Shown in pieces: positions 34,558 to 43,538 of a DNA stretch of 48,363 bases (within the stretch, counting starts at the first letter, position 1; every line of letters starts with the position of its first letter). The position numbers and the translations under genes were made by a program. Below the pieces are notes generated by a model. It was not told the origin of the DNA. It did not search any database and saw only the letters and a list, made by a program, of their open reading frames with translations. The DNA comes from a virus. Lineage: Duplodnaviria; Caudoviricetes. The stretch covers positions 1 through 48,363 of IMG/VR virus record IMGVR_UViG_3300037307_000742. The stretch is one strand, 5' to 3'.

Positions 34558-35655
34558 TCACTCCGCCCGCACCCTGAAAAAGACCCTTGGTTCGGCCTGT
34601 ACCGGCAGGACGATGGAATTTGCGGTAATTGGCCAGGTCACGCCCTCGACCGGTTCCCAACTCCCTGGTGTGAGTGTGAGGCTTTTTTCAATGGTGTAGG
34701 ATCGCATTGCTGAATCGGTCCATGTCATGGTTACGCCCCCTGGGGCCACATCAAACTGGGTGAGCGCGAAGGGACTCGCTGCAATACCGGCCGCATAGTC
34801 AAAGTTCGAAGTGGCGGAAACCGTGTAGTTGGGCACGACAGCTCCGTTGGTGACGCGAACTTCGGTGATACCGGCCCAGCGCACACCGCCGCGAAAGTCG
34901 CAAGTCGATTGGTTAAATCTCTCTCCATCGGCGGCCGAATACACCACCGCCCGGGCATCGGCGATCACTCTGGAGAATATGAAAAGCAGTGCCTGCTGGC
35001 CGAAAACAAAGGGGAACCTCACCTGCCAGACGCCCGGGCCGATCAGGTTTCCATTATGTGCCGTCGTCTCGGTGCCGCCGCCGCTTACGTATCGCAATTG
35101 GACGCCTCCTTGGAAGTTTTGGTTCGCCCCATACTTGCCATTTGTCCCGTTCATCGCGGTTTGGATGAAAAAATAGGCACCAGCTTGGTTCGCAAAAGCT
35201 GTTCCTGCATAAGGATCCCCGCCGCCCAGCGAAAGTGAGCCGTCAATCACCAGCGTGGCTGTCATTTCCCCCGCCAAGCCGTGCAGCGCTGGGCCGCCAT
35301 TGACCGTCAGCACGTCTTCCCAATATGCTTCCCCTGTAGCTATGCCTTGGCCACCCCATGAGCCGATATTGGATTGGGCGGCAGCTGTGCCATCCGACTT
35401 CAAGCGGAGCCATCCGGTTTGGGAACGGCCCCATACCGTTCCGGTGGAGTCCGCCCATCGTCCGCTCGTCCTGTCACCATAGGAGCTTTTGGTGTAACTG
35501 TTCTCTACTGGCTCGTTGGTGACACTCGTGATAGTACCACCGTCGGTATTAAGCGCGTAAAGCGTCACTCTTGTTGTAGCGAGAATGGTTTGAGTGGAAA
35601 CAAGCAGACCACCGCAGACGGCCGCCCAACGAAACGTAATATGGATCGATTTCAT
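34558..35655 (-). CDS. Secreted/surface protein (moron)
   Basis: Signal-like N-terminus; C-terminal domain YTIEKS..L..GSW...FFRV. Confidence 0.7.
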   Translation of the reverse strand: MKSIHITFRWAAVCGGLLVSTQTILATTRVTLYALNTDGGTITSVTNEPVENSYTKSSYGDRTSGRWADSTGTVWGRSQTGWLRLKSDGTAAAQSNIGSWGGQGIATGEAYWEDVLTVNGGPALHGLAGEMTATLVIDGSLSLGGGDPYAGTAFANQAGAYFFIQTAMNGTNGKYGANQNFQGGVQLRYVSGGGTETTAHNGNLIGPGVWQVRFPFVFGQQALLFIFSRVIADARAVVYSAADGERFNQSTCDFRGGVRWAGITEVRVTNGAVVPNYTVSATSNFDYAAGIAASPFALTQFDVAPGGVTMTWTDSAMRSYTIEKSLTLTPGSWEPVEGVTWPITANSIVLPVQAEPRVFFRVRAE

Positions 35656-35741
35656 GGTAAGGGGTTGATTTGAAATCAAATTTGAGCATTACCAATCAGG
35701 GCCAACTCTTGGCAAGAAGAATACCATTCGCAATCCGCGCC

Positions 35742-36095
35742 TCAGAAACGGGCAATCAGAGAAATGATTCGCCCGATACTCTCCATCGTCAGCTCATATG
35801 GCCCGAGGCGGATCACGTGCCATCCGGCCAAGCTAGCTTCGAGGTATTTCTCCAAGTCCGCGGCGAAACCCGCACCGCGGTTGTGGCGACCGTTCACGTA
35901 GATGCCGCCCTCGATCTCGATGAGCGTTCTGGATTCCAGGTGGGCGAAGTCGGCCCGCCACTTGCGGACGGAATGAAATCGGAACTCCTTTTCCAACTCA
36001 GGCCCACCCATCGCCCGCCAAAGCATTTCGAAGCGCTTCTCCAGCCTGCTTGGTGGCTTGGCACCCCGGAACACTTTGCGGGCGCGGGTCGCCAT
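35742..36095 (-). CDS. Vsr/DUF559-like PD-(D/E)XK endonuclease
   Basis: EKEFRFH..RKWRADF, IEIEGG, GRH, GW.VIR. Confidence 0.8.
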   Translation of the reverse strand: MATRARKVFRGAKPPSRLEKRFEMLWRAMGGPELEKEFRFHSVRKWRADFAHLESRTLIEIEGGIYVNGRHNRGAGFAADLEKYLEASLAGWHVIRLGPYELTMESIGRIISLIARF

Positions 36096-36334
36096 CAGAG
36101 GGGCAATTTTGGCTGATTCGGATCGTCGATGGAGCGCTCGATTTCGTCGGTAGTCACCTTGGCGACGCGGCACGTCACCTTGAGTTTTGTAGGTGAGTGG
36201 GAGCGGTCGAATGTGGAGCGGAAGGAGAGGCTGAACTTGCCATCCTCGTCGGCGCAGTCTTCAGCCTCTTGGAAGTGGGTGTCGAGCAGCTCGCGGATCG
36301 CATCGAGTGCGGCGGTGGTTTCGAGGTGGTTCAT
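36095..36334 (-). CDS. Hypothetical protein
   Basis: Coupled ORF ending PNQPKLPL. Confidence 0.55.
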   Translation of the reverse strand: MNHLETTAALDAIRELLDTHFQEAEDCADEDGKFSLSFRSTFDRSHSPTKLKVTCRVAKVTTDEIERSIDDPNQPKLPL

Positions 36335-36495
36335 GGCTTCTGGTTGCGGAGGGTTTCCTCGATGCGGTCGAGCGATTTGGTCATATTTTCGCGGAACTCC
36401 TTGAAGAACCACACGGCTTCGATGGCTTTGAAAAGGGCGAGCATTGCAACCGCTGCGCAGGCGGCGAATCCGATCATTGTAAAGAATAGCTGCAT
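36331..36495 (-). CDS. Small membrane protein (54 aa; not in ORF track)
   Basis: MQLFFTMIGFAACAAVAMLALFKA; fills the gap with an ATGA overlap. Confidence 0.5.
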   Translation of the reverse strand: MQLFFTMIGFAACAAVAMLALFKAIEAVWFFKEFRENMTKSLDRIEETLRNQKP

Positions 36496-36511
36496 GGTGA
36501 TTTGGGTATAG

Positions 36512-37153
36512 TTAGAGTTGGTTGTAGATGGTGACGATCGGTTCGAGGTCTCGTTTGAGAGCCTCCCGCTGTTCGTCGGTGGCGGTGTCCAGAAATCGGT
36601 TGGCCTTCATCCGCTTCCACCAGACGGAGAGGCGGTTCACGAATGGGATGTGGTTGTCGATTCCCTTGTCGGAGTCGTCGGGTTCGAGATCCTTGTCGGT
36701 GGCGATGCGACCGAGGTTGAGCGACTTGCGCAAGCGGCGGGTGGACATCCTGCGTCCGGCATCCTCTTCGGCGACGCAGGCTTCGATCCAGTCCTGCATG
36801 TCACCGTCGGGTAGTTTGGCCATCAAGCGGTGGTGTTCTCACGAGAGACGTTCGGTGCGCAGCGAATAGGGGACGTTGCGTGAAACGTAGGCGTAGTTCT
36901 GGAGCGTGGAGAGGTCGAGACCAGTGGCTTTGAGCGCGAGCTGATAGGACGGATGATCGACCTTACGGTCAGGGTGGGCGAAGAGGTCTTGGCCATAGAC
37001 GAGCCAATCGCCGACGATAAAGGCAATCGAGCTGGCGGCTTCGCCGATACTGGTGGCCAATTCCTGCCATTCTTCGGTGCTGAGATTTCCTGAGATTTGC
37101 AGTCCGATGCGGCTGACGGTGACTTTCGGGTTAGGGAGCCTAAGGGTGTTCAT
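36512..37153 (-). pseudogene. LmbU-like DNA-binding regulator interrupted by in-frame TGA (36839-36841)
   Basis: GDWLVYG, TGLD..TLQNYAYV.R, then RLS*EHH continuing in frame into ORF 36512-36826. Confidence 0.7.
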
Positions 37154-37691
37154 GGGATTGAGTGGATCGGATGCGGGCGGCGCGATACCGCTTGCGTGCT
37201 GTCAACGAGCGCATGGCGCGGGAGGGCTTGAGGTCGAGAAGTTCGGTTAGTTCGACACAGCGTTTGCTGACCGCCGCTCGGGTGATGCCGTGGCGTTCGG
37301 CGATTTCGGTCATCGAGGAACCGGTGTAGGAAAGGCCGCTGACCAGTGCGATACACTCGGCGGTGAGGCGGGCGTTGTCGTGGCAGAGGATTTCACCCAA
37401 CACCCGCCGCAGGGACGCCCACACGGATTCGGTGTCGCATGTCTCGTCATCGGATTCCGGCTCAGGCTCGGGCAACACTGCGGGATCATCCCCTTCGCGC
37501 ATGAGCGGACTGTCGGCGGCATCTCCCTTGGCGGAGCCGTTGCCGTGGTGGGCGAGGCATGGCGCGGCAAGACCTTGGGCTTCGAGTTTGCGGCGTTCGT
37601 CCGCAGGCAGCGACTCAATCCACGCCCGGTATTCGCGCTGATACTCAGCATCGCGGGCTGACTGTTTTTTCGAGTAATCGTCGGAGTTCAT
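37140..37691 (-). CDS. Protein with C-terminal sigma-region-4-like HTH
   Basis: SMTEIAERHGITRAAVSKR; ATGA overlap with the replicase stop. Confidence 0.65.
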   Translation of the reverse strand: MNSDDYSKKQSARDAEYQREYRAWIESLPADERRKLEAQGLAAPCLAHHGNGSAKGDAADSPLMREGDDPAVLPEPEPESDDETCDTESVWASLRRVLGEILCHDNARLTAECIALVSGLSYTGSSMTEIAERHGITRAAVSKRCVELTELLDLKPSRAMRSLTARKRYRAARIRSTQSHEHP

Positions 37692-40600
37692 TTCTCGGCC
37701 CAGGTGGTGCAGATGTTGGCTTCGACTTCGACCGGCACCTCGGGGAAGAGGGCGGACATGGCTTCGACCATCGCGGTCGTGATGATTTCCCGGCACTCGT
37801 CGGCGGATTCCTCGCGGCACTCGACGACCACCTCATCGTGAACGGTGGAGACGATGCGGGCGGATTCCGGCAGCCGCTCGTGGATCATGACGAGGGCGTG
37901 CTTCATGCCGTCGGCGGTGCCGCCCTGGACCGGCGTGTTCACGAGCGCGGTGAAGCGTTCCCACGTGCTGGCGTTGTCCGGGACGAGTCGGCGACGGCCG
38001 GTGCGGGTGCGAACTTCGGTGACGCCCGCCTCTGCCTGATTGTGGCTGATGCCGTGCCATTGACGGAGACGCGAGTAGGTTCGGAAGAATGCCTGGCGGA
38101 TGTCGGTTGCCTGATCCTCGTCGAGAGTGACGCCGTACGAGCTGGCGGCGTATTTCACCAGACCGGGGGCGGACTGGCCGTAGAGCAGGCCGAAGTTCAC
38201 CGCCTTCGCCAACTGCCGGTCGGACTTCGTCACCTGATCCTCTGGTTTGCCGAGCACGGTGGCGGCGGTGAGTTTGTGGAGGTCCGCGCCCGACTTGTAG
38301 GCGTCGATCATCTTGGTTTCGCCCGCGATGGCTGCCGCCGCACGCAACTCGATCTGCGAGTAGTCGGCGACGATGAGGCGTTTGCCTGCCGGTGAGGTGA
38401 AGGCTTCCCGCATCTCACCCCGCCCGATGTTCTGGAGGTTCGGCTCCTTGGATGAGAAGCGACCTGTGGCGGTGCCGAGTGGTTCGAAGCGTCCGTGGAT
38501 CCGCCCGTCCTTCTGGATGTGGCCGACCAGTGATTCGGCTTGCTGGGCGCGTTTGCTCGCTTCGCGGTGTGCCAGCACCAGGGGAACCAAGTGGCCGTCG
38601 TCAGCCGCTTTGAGGACTTCTTCGGCGGTGGATTCCAGTTTGAGACCCTTGGCGCGGAGGGCCGCGAGGATTTGGCTCGGGCTGGCCGGGTTGAGCGACG
38701 GGTTGCCGAGTGCCGTGCGGATATCATCCGCCGCTTTTTGGGCGAGTCGGTCGGCTTCGGCGGCGATGGATTCAAGTTTGGTTTTGTCGGTTTGAATCCC
38801 GGTGGCTTCCATCCCCACCACGCAGGGCAGGAGATTGCTTTCGAGCGCCCACACGGTGTCCAAACCGGATGACTCCAACTCGCTTTCCATGGTGCCGAGC
38901 AGGTCGTGGAGGTGGGCCACGTCACGGGCGGCGTAGGCTAGCTGGTCATCAGTGAGCAGCATCGACGCCCAATCGGAACGGCTGTGGTCGGCGGCGGAGG
39001 CAATGCCAAGGTATCGCTCCAGGCATTTATCGAGGTCGTTGCCGGGTTTGGTGCCGGCCACGAGCAGACGGGCGGCGGTGAGTGTGCAATGGACGCGCTT
39101 GGCGAACAGCCCGCACTTCACCCGCAGCCAGAGCAGGTCGAACTTGGCGTTGTGGGCGATGATGCCGGTTTCCTCCAAGATCTGCTTGAGCGGTCCGAGA
39201 TCGTATCCAACGGCGCGGAGGTCGATGGTCCAGATTGGGCCACCGTGGCGGCAGATGGTGAGGAGGCGGATGTCACCCTTCCACGGATCGAGTCCATCGC
39301 CTTTGCGCTCGCCGTAGGTTTCGATGTCCAGAGCGATGCGGGATGCCCCGGTCAGGTCGAGGGCGATGCGGTCGAGATCACTGCGTAGGGAGCAGAAAAT
39401 CCCGCTGGGGGACATGAGGACATTGGGGGAGATTTCCCTATCCCTCTTATAGAGATCTTTTAATTCATTCTGATTTCCATTTTTCTCATCGGCATTTTTT
39501 TCTCCCATATAAGGCGTATGAGAATGTCCCCAAATGTCCTCATGTCCCCCTGACTTGGTGGCAGGTTCGGGCGTAGTGAGGCAGATTGGAAGATCACCAT
39601 CGCCTTCCCGGAAGAACCGGTAGGTGGCGCGGTTCTTTGAACTCTGCTTGAGGCGGAACGTAATGCCCCCGAGTTCACGCTTGTCGAACTTCACGACGAG
39701 CTTTCCGAAGATCGTTTGTCCTCGCCGCGCAGCGAAATCAATCCAGTCAAACAGTTCGTGGACGCCCTCGTTTTGTTGGACGAACTCCTGGAACTCCTGC
39801 TTGAGAACCTCCCGGTCTCCGAAGTGATCGAAGGCCAGAATGAAGAAATCCCGCATCGCCTTGGTCGCTTGGTCGCCGGACGATTGGCTGTCTTCATGCG
39901 GGCGGCATGGGTCCGGCAAACCGGCACAGTGGAGGATGCCGCCGACTGTCTGCCCCCATTCCGGGAATGAAGTGAATGGCGATGGACCGGGCGGGCATCC
40001 TTGGCGCACCCACTCGGAAACGAGAGCGGAAACCGCCGAGAGCAATTCCGAACGGTGGCGGCGGACCCAACCTTTGATGTCGATGTGACGGTAGCGGTGG
40101 CCGTTGATGTCGTCGGGTGAGAAGCGCAGGCGGATGCGGCGGCAGCGGCGTTCGATGTCCGGCTCCCAGGTCGCGTTGTTGGCGGAGAATGAGAACTCGG
40201 TTTCGTTGGGGAGCGTCATGGTTTCACTCACACCGAGGCGGCGGTCCTCCCACACGCCCGAGTTGTCGGTGGCGGCTTCGAGCGAGGCATAGCGGACGTG
40301 CCCCTTCATGTTCGCCAGATGGAAGAAGCGGCTGCCGGCCATGAGTGCGGAGGTGATGCGTTTGCGCATCTCGTCGTCGCATTCCTTGGAGAGCGGGGCG
40401 CAGATGATTGAACGGCCGGTGTAGGCAATGTGGGTGAGGTCGGCGCAGGTGTCCTTGCCGCATCCCTCGCGGTTGCCGTCGAAGATCCAAAGCGGGGTGC
40501 GCATCCACCCCATCAGGCCGCGACAGAACGGGGTGATGAAACGTGCCAGGGCGTGGATGCGTGATTGTTCGTCATGCCACCAGAACCCGCCGTGCTCGGG

Positions 40601-42097
40601 CAGGCCGAAGAGATCCTGGAGCAACCAGCGCAATGCCTCGCTGTGACCCATCGTCTTGAGCTGCGGGGCGTGTGGATTGAGCCAGGTGCCGAAGCGTTCG
40701 TCGTATCCTGGTTTCGGATAGACCAGCTTGCCATCGTCGGACAAGTGCGGCACCGGCACGTCGAGCACGCGGTGAATGCGCGGTAGGCAAGATCTGAAAA
40801 ATCCGCTGACCAGCGTGATGCGGGCGTCCTGCTCGCTCATGCTCTTCGGGATGAAAACCTCGTCGCCAGCATCGTCCTCCCTGGTGACGCCGGTTTCGAC
40901 CGTGCGCTCGATGGCGGTGACCAGTTCCGCGGCCTTGATGGTCGAGAGCATGTGGCCGGGGATCGACCCTGCCTTGTCGGCGGCCGGAACAGTGGTGATT
41001 TCCACCACGTTGTTTGAGAAGCGGAAGAGATCGAGAGCCGGGGCGAGGTATTGGCCGAGTTCCTTGCCAAACTCACCTTGGGCACGACCGAGTGCAGGGA
41101 GAATGATGCGCAGCCTGCCCGAGGCATTGGTGTTGCCCGGAGCCCAGACCCGGAGATTCGAGCAACGGGCGGCGATGATTCCTGGTTTCTGCGCCTCCGC
41201 CCATTCGACCAGATCCCGGATGCCGCGTGATTCGCAATGCGAGTGCAGGCACTTGAACCCCGGCATGGTTTCCGGTTGGTTGAAAATGATCGTGTCCGAT
41301 CCGGGAGCGTCTGCCACGCCTCCGGTGTGATCGGCTTCCCACGGGCAACGCACCGACCACTTGTTGTGATCTGGGTCGAGGCATTCGCCCAAACGGCCAA
41401 GGTCTTCCATCACCCCGGCGAGATCGAGTGTGCGGATGTCTTCGTTCCACCGCGCCCACCATGGTTTTTCCTTCGACGGACGACCGCGCTTCTTGGCTTC
41501 CGGTGCCGAGAATCCAAACCAGTGACAGAGGTTGATCCAACTCACTTCCGGAATGTCGCCGGTCACTTCCCAGGAATACGTGTGGCCGCTTTTGTGGACT
41601 GATGGTGAGAGAACGAGATTGAGTCCGTCCAGGTAGAGTTCGGCGGTGACGGCATCATTGATCTGGCCGGTGGGTGCTTTCTTCGCCTTCATCACCTCCT
41701 CGGGGATGTCGCGGCAGATGAATGCCAAGTGCGCTCCGCCACCAGTGCGTTCACGGGGAACAGCTGATAGATCCGGTTGGGTGGCGAGCCATGCCATCAC
41801 CGAGGCTCCGGCGTCCGGCTTGCTGTCGAGATCGACGTGGACGAACGGCGCACGCACGACACAGCCGATGTTGTGGGTGGATCCGTTGGCGAAATACTTG
41901 GTCAGGAAATCAGGACTGATCTCCGAGGCCGTGTGGTTGCGCCAGCCTTTGAGAATCGGTTTCTTGCCGCGCTCATGGTGGTCGCCACGGTCGGGCGGCA
42001 GCAGGGGATGGATCGCCCAGCCGAGAGTGCCGGCATAGAATTGCGCGGCGGCGAGCCGGTCGAGGGAGTTGATGTCGGGTGAAATTGAGGGCTTCAT
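37688..42097 (-). CDS. Prim-Pol primase + helicase-like domain + family A DNA polymerase (with 3'-5' exonuclease) fusion
   Basis: VDLD/TGGGAH primase motifs; CPW..H/CLHSHC; GNREGCGKD P-loop; DIET, HNAKFD, YAARD exonuclease motifs; TGRFSS..PNLQN, DYSQIELR, KAVNFGLLYG, VHDE. Confidence 0.92.
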   Translation of the reverse strand: MKPSISPDINSLDRLAAAQFYAGTLGWAIHPLLPPDRGDHHERGKKPILKGWRNHTASEISPDFLTKYFANGSTHNIGCVVRAPFVHVDLDSKPDAGASVMAWLATQPDLSAVPRERTGGGAHLAFICRDIPEEVMKAKKAPTGQINDAVTAELYLDGLNLVLSPSVHKSGHTYSWEVTGDIPEVSWINLCHWFGFSAPEAKKRGRPSKEKPWWARWNEDIRTLDLAGVMEDLGRLGECLDPDHNKWSVRCPWEADHTGGVADAPGSDTIIFNQPETMPGFKCLHSHCESRGIRDLVEWAEAQKPGIIAARCSNLRVWAPGNTNASGRLRIILPALGRAQGEFGKELGQYLAPALDLFRFSNNVVEITTVPAADKAGSIPGHMLSTIKAAELVTAIERTVETGVTREDDAGDEVFIPKSMSEQDARITLVSGFFRSCLPRIHRVLDVPVPHLSDDGKLVYPKPGYDERFGTWLNPHAPQLKTMGHSEALRWLLQDLFGLPEHGGFWWHDEQSRIHALARFITPFCRGLMGWMRTPLWIFDGNREGCGKDTCADLTHIAYTGRSIICAPLSKECDDEMRKRITSALMAGSRFFHLANMKGHVRYASLEAATDNSGVWEDRRLGVSETMTLPNETEFSFSANNATWEPDIERRCRRIRLRFSPDDINGHRYRHIDIKGWVRRHRSELLSAVSALVSEWVRQGCPPGPSPFTSFPEWGQTVGGILHCAGLPDPCRPHEDSQSSGDQATKAMRDFFILAFDHFGDREVLKQEFQEFVQQNEGVHELFDWIDFAARRGQTIFGKLVVKFDKRELGGITFRLKQSSKNRATYRFFREGDGDLPICLTTPEPATKSGGHEDIWGHSHTPYMGEKNADEKNGNQNELKDLYKRDREISPNVLMSPSGIFCSLRSDLDRIALDLTGASRIALDIETYGERKGDGLDPWKGDIRLLTICRHGGPIWTIDLRAVGYDLGPLKQILEETGIIAHNAKFDLLWLRVKCGLFAKRVHCTLTAARLLVAGTKPGNDLDKCLERYLGIASAADHSRSDWASMLLTDDQLAYAARDVAHLHDLLGTMESELESSGLDTVWALESNLLPCVVGMEATGIQTDKTKLESIAAEADRLAQKAADDIRTALGNPSLNPASPSQILAALRAKGLKLESTAEEVLKAADDGHLVPLVLAHREASKRAQQAESLVGHIQKDGRIHGRFEPLGTATGRFSSKEPNLQNIGRGEMREAFTSPAGKRLIVADYSQIELRAAAAIAGETKMIDAYKSGADLHKLTAATVLGKPEDQVTKSDRQLAKAVNFGLLYGQSAPGLVKYAASSYGVTLDEDQATDIRQAFFRTYSRLRQWHGISHNQAEAGVTEVRTRTGRRRLVPDNASTWERFTALVNTPVQGGTADGMKHALVMIHERLPESARIVSTVHDEVVVECREESADECREIITTAMVEAMSALFPEVPVEVEANICTTWAEK
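39407..39550. repeat. Inverted repeat around AT-rich core (candidate replication origin)
   Basis: Arms 39407-39434 and 39523-39550 match at 26/28; each has three GGACAT-like units. Confidence 0.75.
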
Positions 42098-43347
42098 GGG
42101 TGTGAGTGGGGAAAGTGGAAATCGAGTGCTCGCTGGGAGACAAAGACGCCACGCGGCCAGTCTTTGAGGTGGAGTCCGGCGAGTGTGCGGACACGGGAGA
42201 GGGCGACGTATGCCTGGCCGGGTTCTCTGGCGGCACGGATGTCAATGAAGGCTGAATCGAGCGTGAGACCTTGCGCTTTGTGGATGGTTAGGGCGTTGGC
42301 CAACCGCAGCGGCAGTTGCTCAAACCAGGCGGTGCCCGGGTCGTTGGAGTCGTAGCGCCAGCGGTAAGGGGACACCTCAAGTTCGCGGCCTTCGGTGCAG
42401 ACGACGACGGAGGTGATGCCGATGGAAACCACCTCGCCGGTCTGGCCGTTGACGAAACCGTCGTCGGGGCGATTGACGGTAAACATCACCTTGGCACCCG
42501 GCTTGAGCCGCAGGACTTTGGGCGTGAGCAGGTTCTTTTCGAGGAAGTCGATCTGGTGCTGTGGTCCCCAAGTTTCCGCCTCGCGGACGGATTCAGGGCC
42601 GGGAAGTTCGCCGAGGCAGAAGTCGTTCCAGCGGTCCACCATCGAGTTGTGGGTGAACAGCCGGGTGATGTCCCTGGCGGGGAAGGTGGTGATGCGCGGA
42701 CGCAGCAGGCGTTCGGTGTCGCCGTCGATTTCACCGCGCCGGAATTTCGCCAACGCCGCCACGAAATCCGGTTCGTCCTGCCGCATGATCAGCCGCAATT
42801 CGACGGTTTGGAATCCCGCCGCCGACCATGCCGCCGAATCGAAGGCCCAGTCATAGGAATGAGTCGGGTTTGTTCTAACCGGCGGCAGTTGGAGGAAGTC
42901 GCCGGTGCCGATCACCTGGATGCCACCGAACGGGCGTTTGTCCTCGCGGATCTTCCGGCAATGAAAATCGAGGTAGTCGAACGCGCTGCCCGAAAGCATA
43001 GAGATTTCATCAATCACAAGCCGCTTGCAGCGACGCACCCGGTTGAATGCCACTCGCACACTCGGTTTCGGATCGCGGGCCAGTTGAGCAAAGAACCGCT
43101 CGAAATCCTGCCCTTTGGCCGGTCCGAGCAACATTCCGCTCCATCGATGGACGGTCATGCCGCCGACGTTGAGAGCGGCCACCCCGGTCGATGCCACGAC
43201 GTGCGTGTCCGGCTGACGTTTGAGATAGTCCCGGACGTTGTGGCTTTTCCCGGACCCTGCCGGGCCAGTGAGAAACGTGTTCTCACCAGCCGATGCAAGG
43301 TCGAGGAACCGGTCGGCGGGACTCCGTGCAACCAGACTTCCGCTCAT
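42094..43347 (-). CDS. Pif1/RecD-like SF1B helicase
   Basis: GPAGSGKS, STGVAA, IDEISM, PFGGIQ..GDFLQLPPV, TIHKAQGLT, YVALSR. Confidence 0.93.
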   Translation of the reverse strand: MSGSLVARSPADRFLDLASAGENTFLTGPAGSGKSHNVRDYLKRQPDTHVVASTGVAALNVGGMTVHRWSGMLLGPAKGQDFERFFAQLARDPKPSVRVAFNRVRRCKRLVIDEISMLSGSAFDYLDFHCRKIREDKRPFGGIQVIGTGDFLQLPPVRTNPTHSYDWAFDSAAWSAAGFQTVELRLIMRQDEPDFVAALAKFRRGEIDGDTERLLRPRITTFPARDITRLFTHNSMVDRWNDFCLGELPGPESVREAETWGPQHQIDFLEKNLLTPKVLRLKPGAKVMFTVNRPDDGFVNGQTGEVVSIGITSVVVCTEGRELEVSPYRWRYDSNDPGTAWFEQLPLRLANALTIHKAQGLTLDSAFIDIRAAREPGQAYVALSRVRTLAGLHLKDWPRGVFVSQRALDFHFPHSHP

Positions 43348-43511
43348 GGCAGCCACGCGCCTCCGCCGCGAATCACCCAGCCTGCAAGCAGGCCGAGGAG
43401 GAATGACAGGACGATCATCGGCCAGCGGCGACGACGACGGTTTTTGCGCACGACAAGTCCCTGGTTCGGGAAATGGCAATACGCAGACTGCGGATAGATG
43501 GGATTGTTCAT
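43344..43511 (-). CDS. Small membrane protein (55 aa; not in ORF track)
   Basis: MNNPIYP...RRRRRWPMIVLSFLLGLLAGWVI; ATGA overlap with the helicase. Confidence 0.5.
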   Translation of the reverse strand: MNNPIYPQSAYCHFPNQGLVVRKNRRRRRWPMIVLSFLLGLLAGWVIRGGGAWLP

Positions 43512-43538
43512 GGTTGTTGATCTAGGTTTTGGGTTTTG

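Noticed and set aside
36839-36841. Genome-wide TGA-to-Trp recoding
   Set aside because: Many genes end at TGA with ATGA coupling to the next gene, so TGA is a normal stop here.
4161-43497. Long antisense ORFs (e.g. 4161-5174, 10218-11273, 16496-17707, 21202-22254, 42316-43497)
   Set aside because: Shadow frames of well-supported genes in GC-rich DNA with no recognisable motifs.
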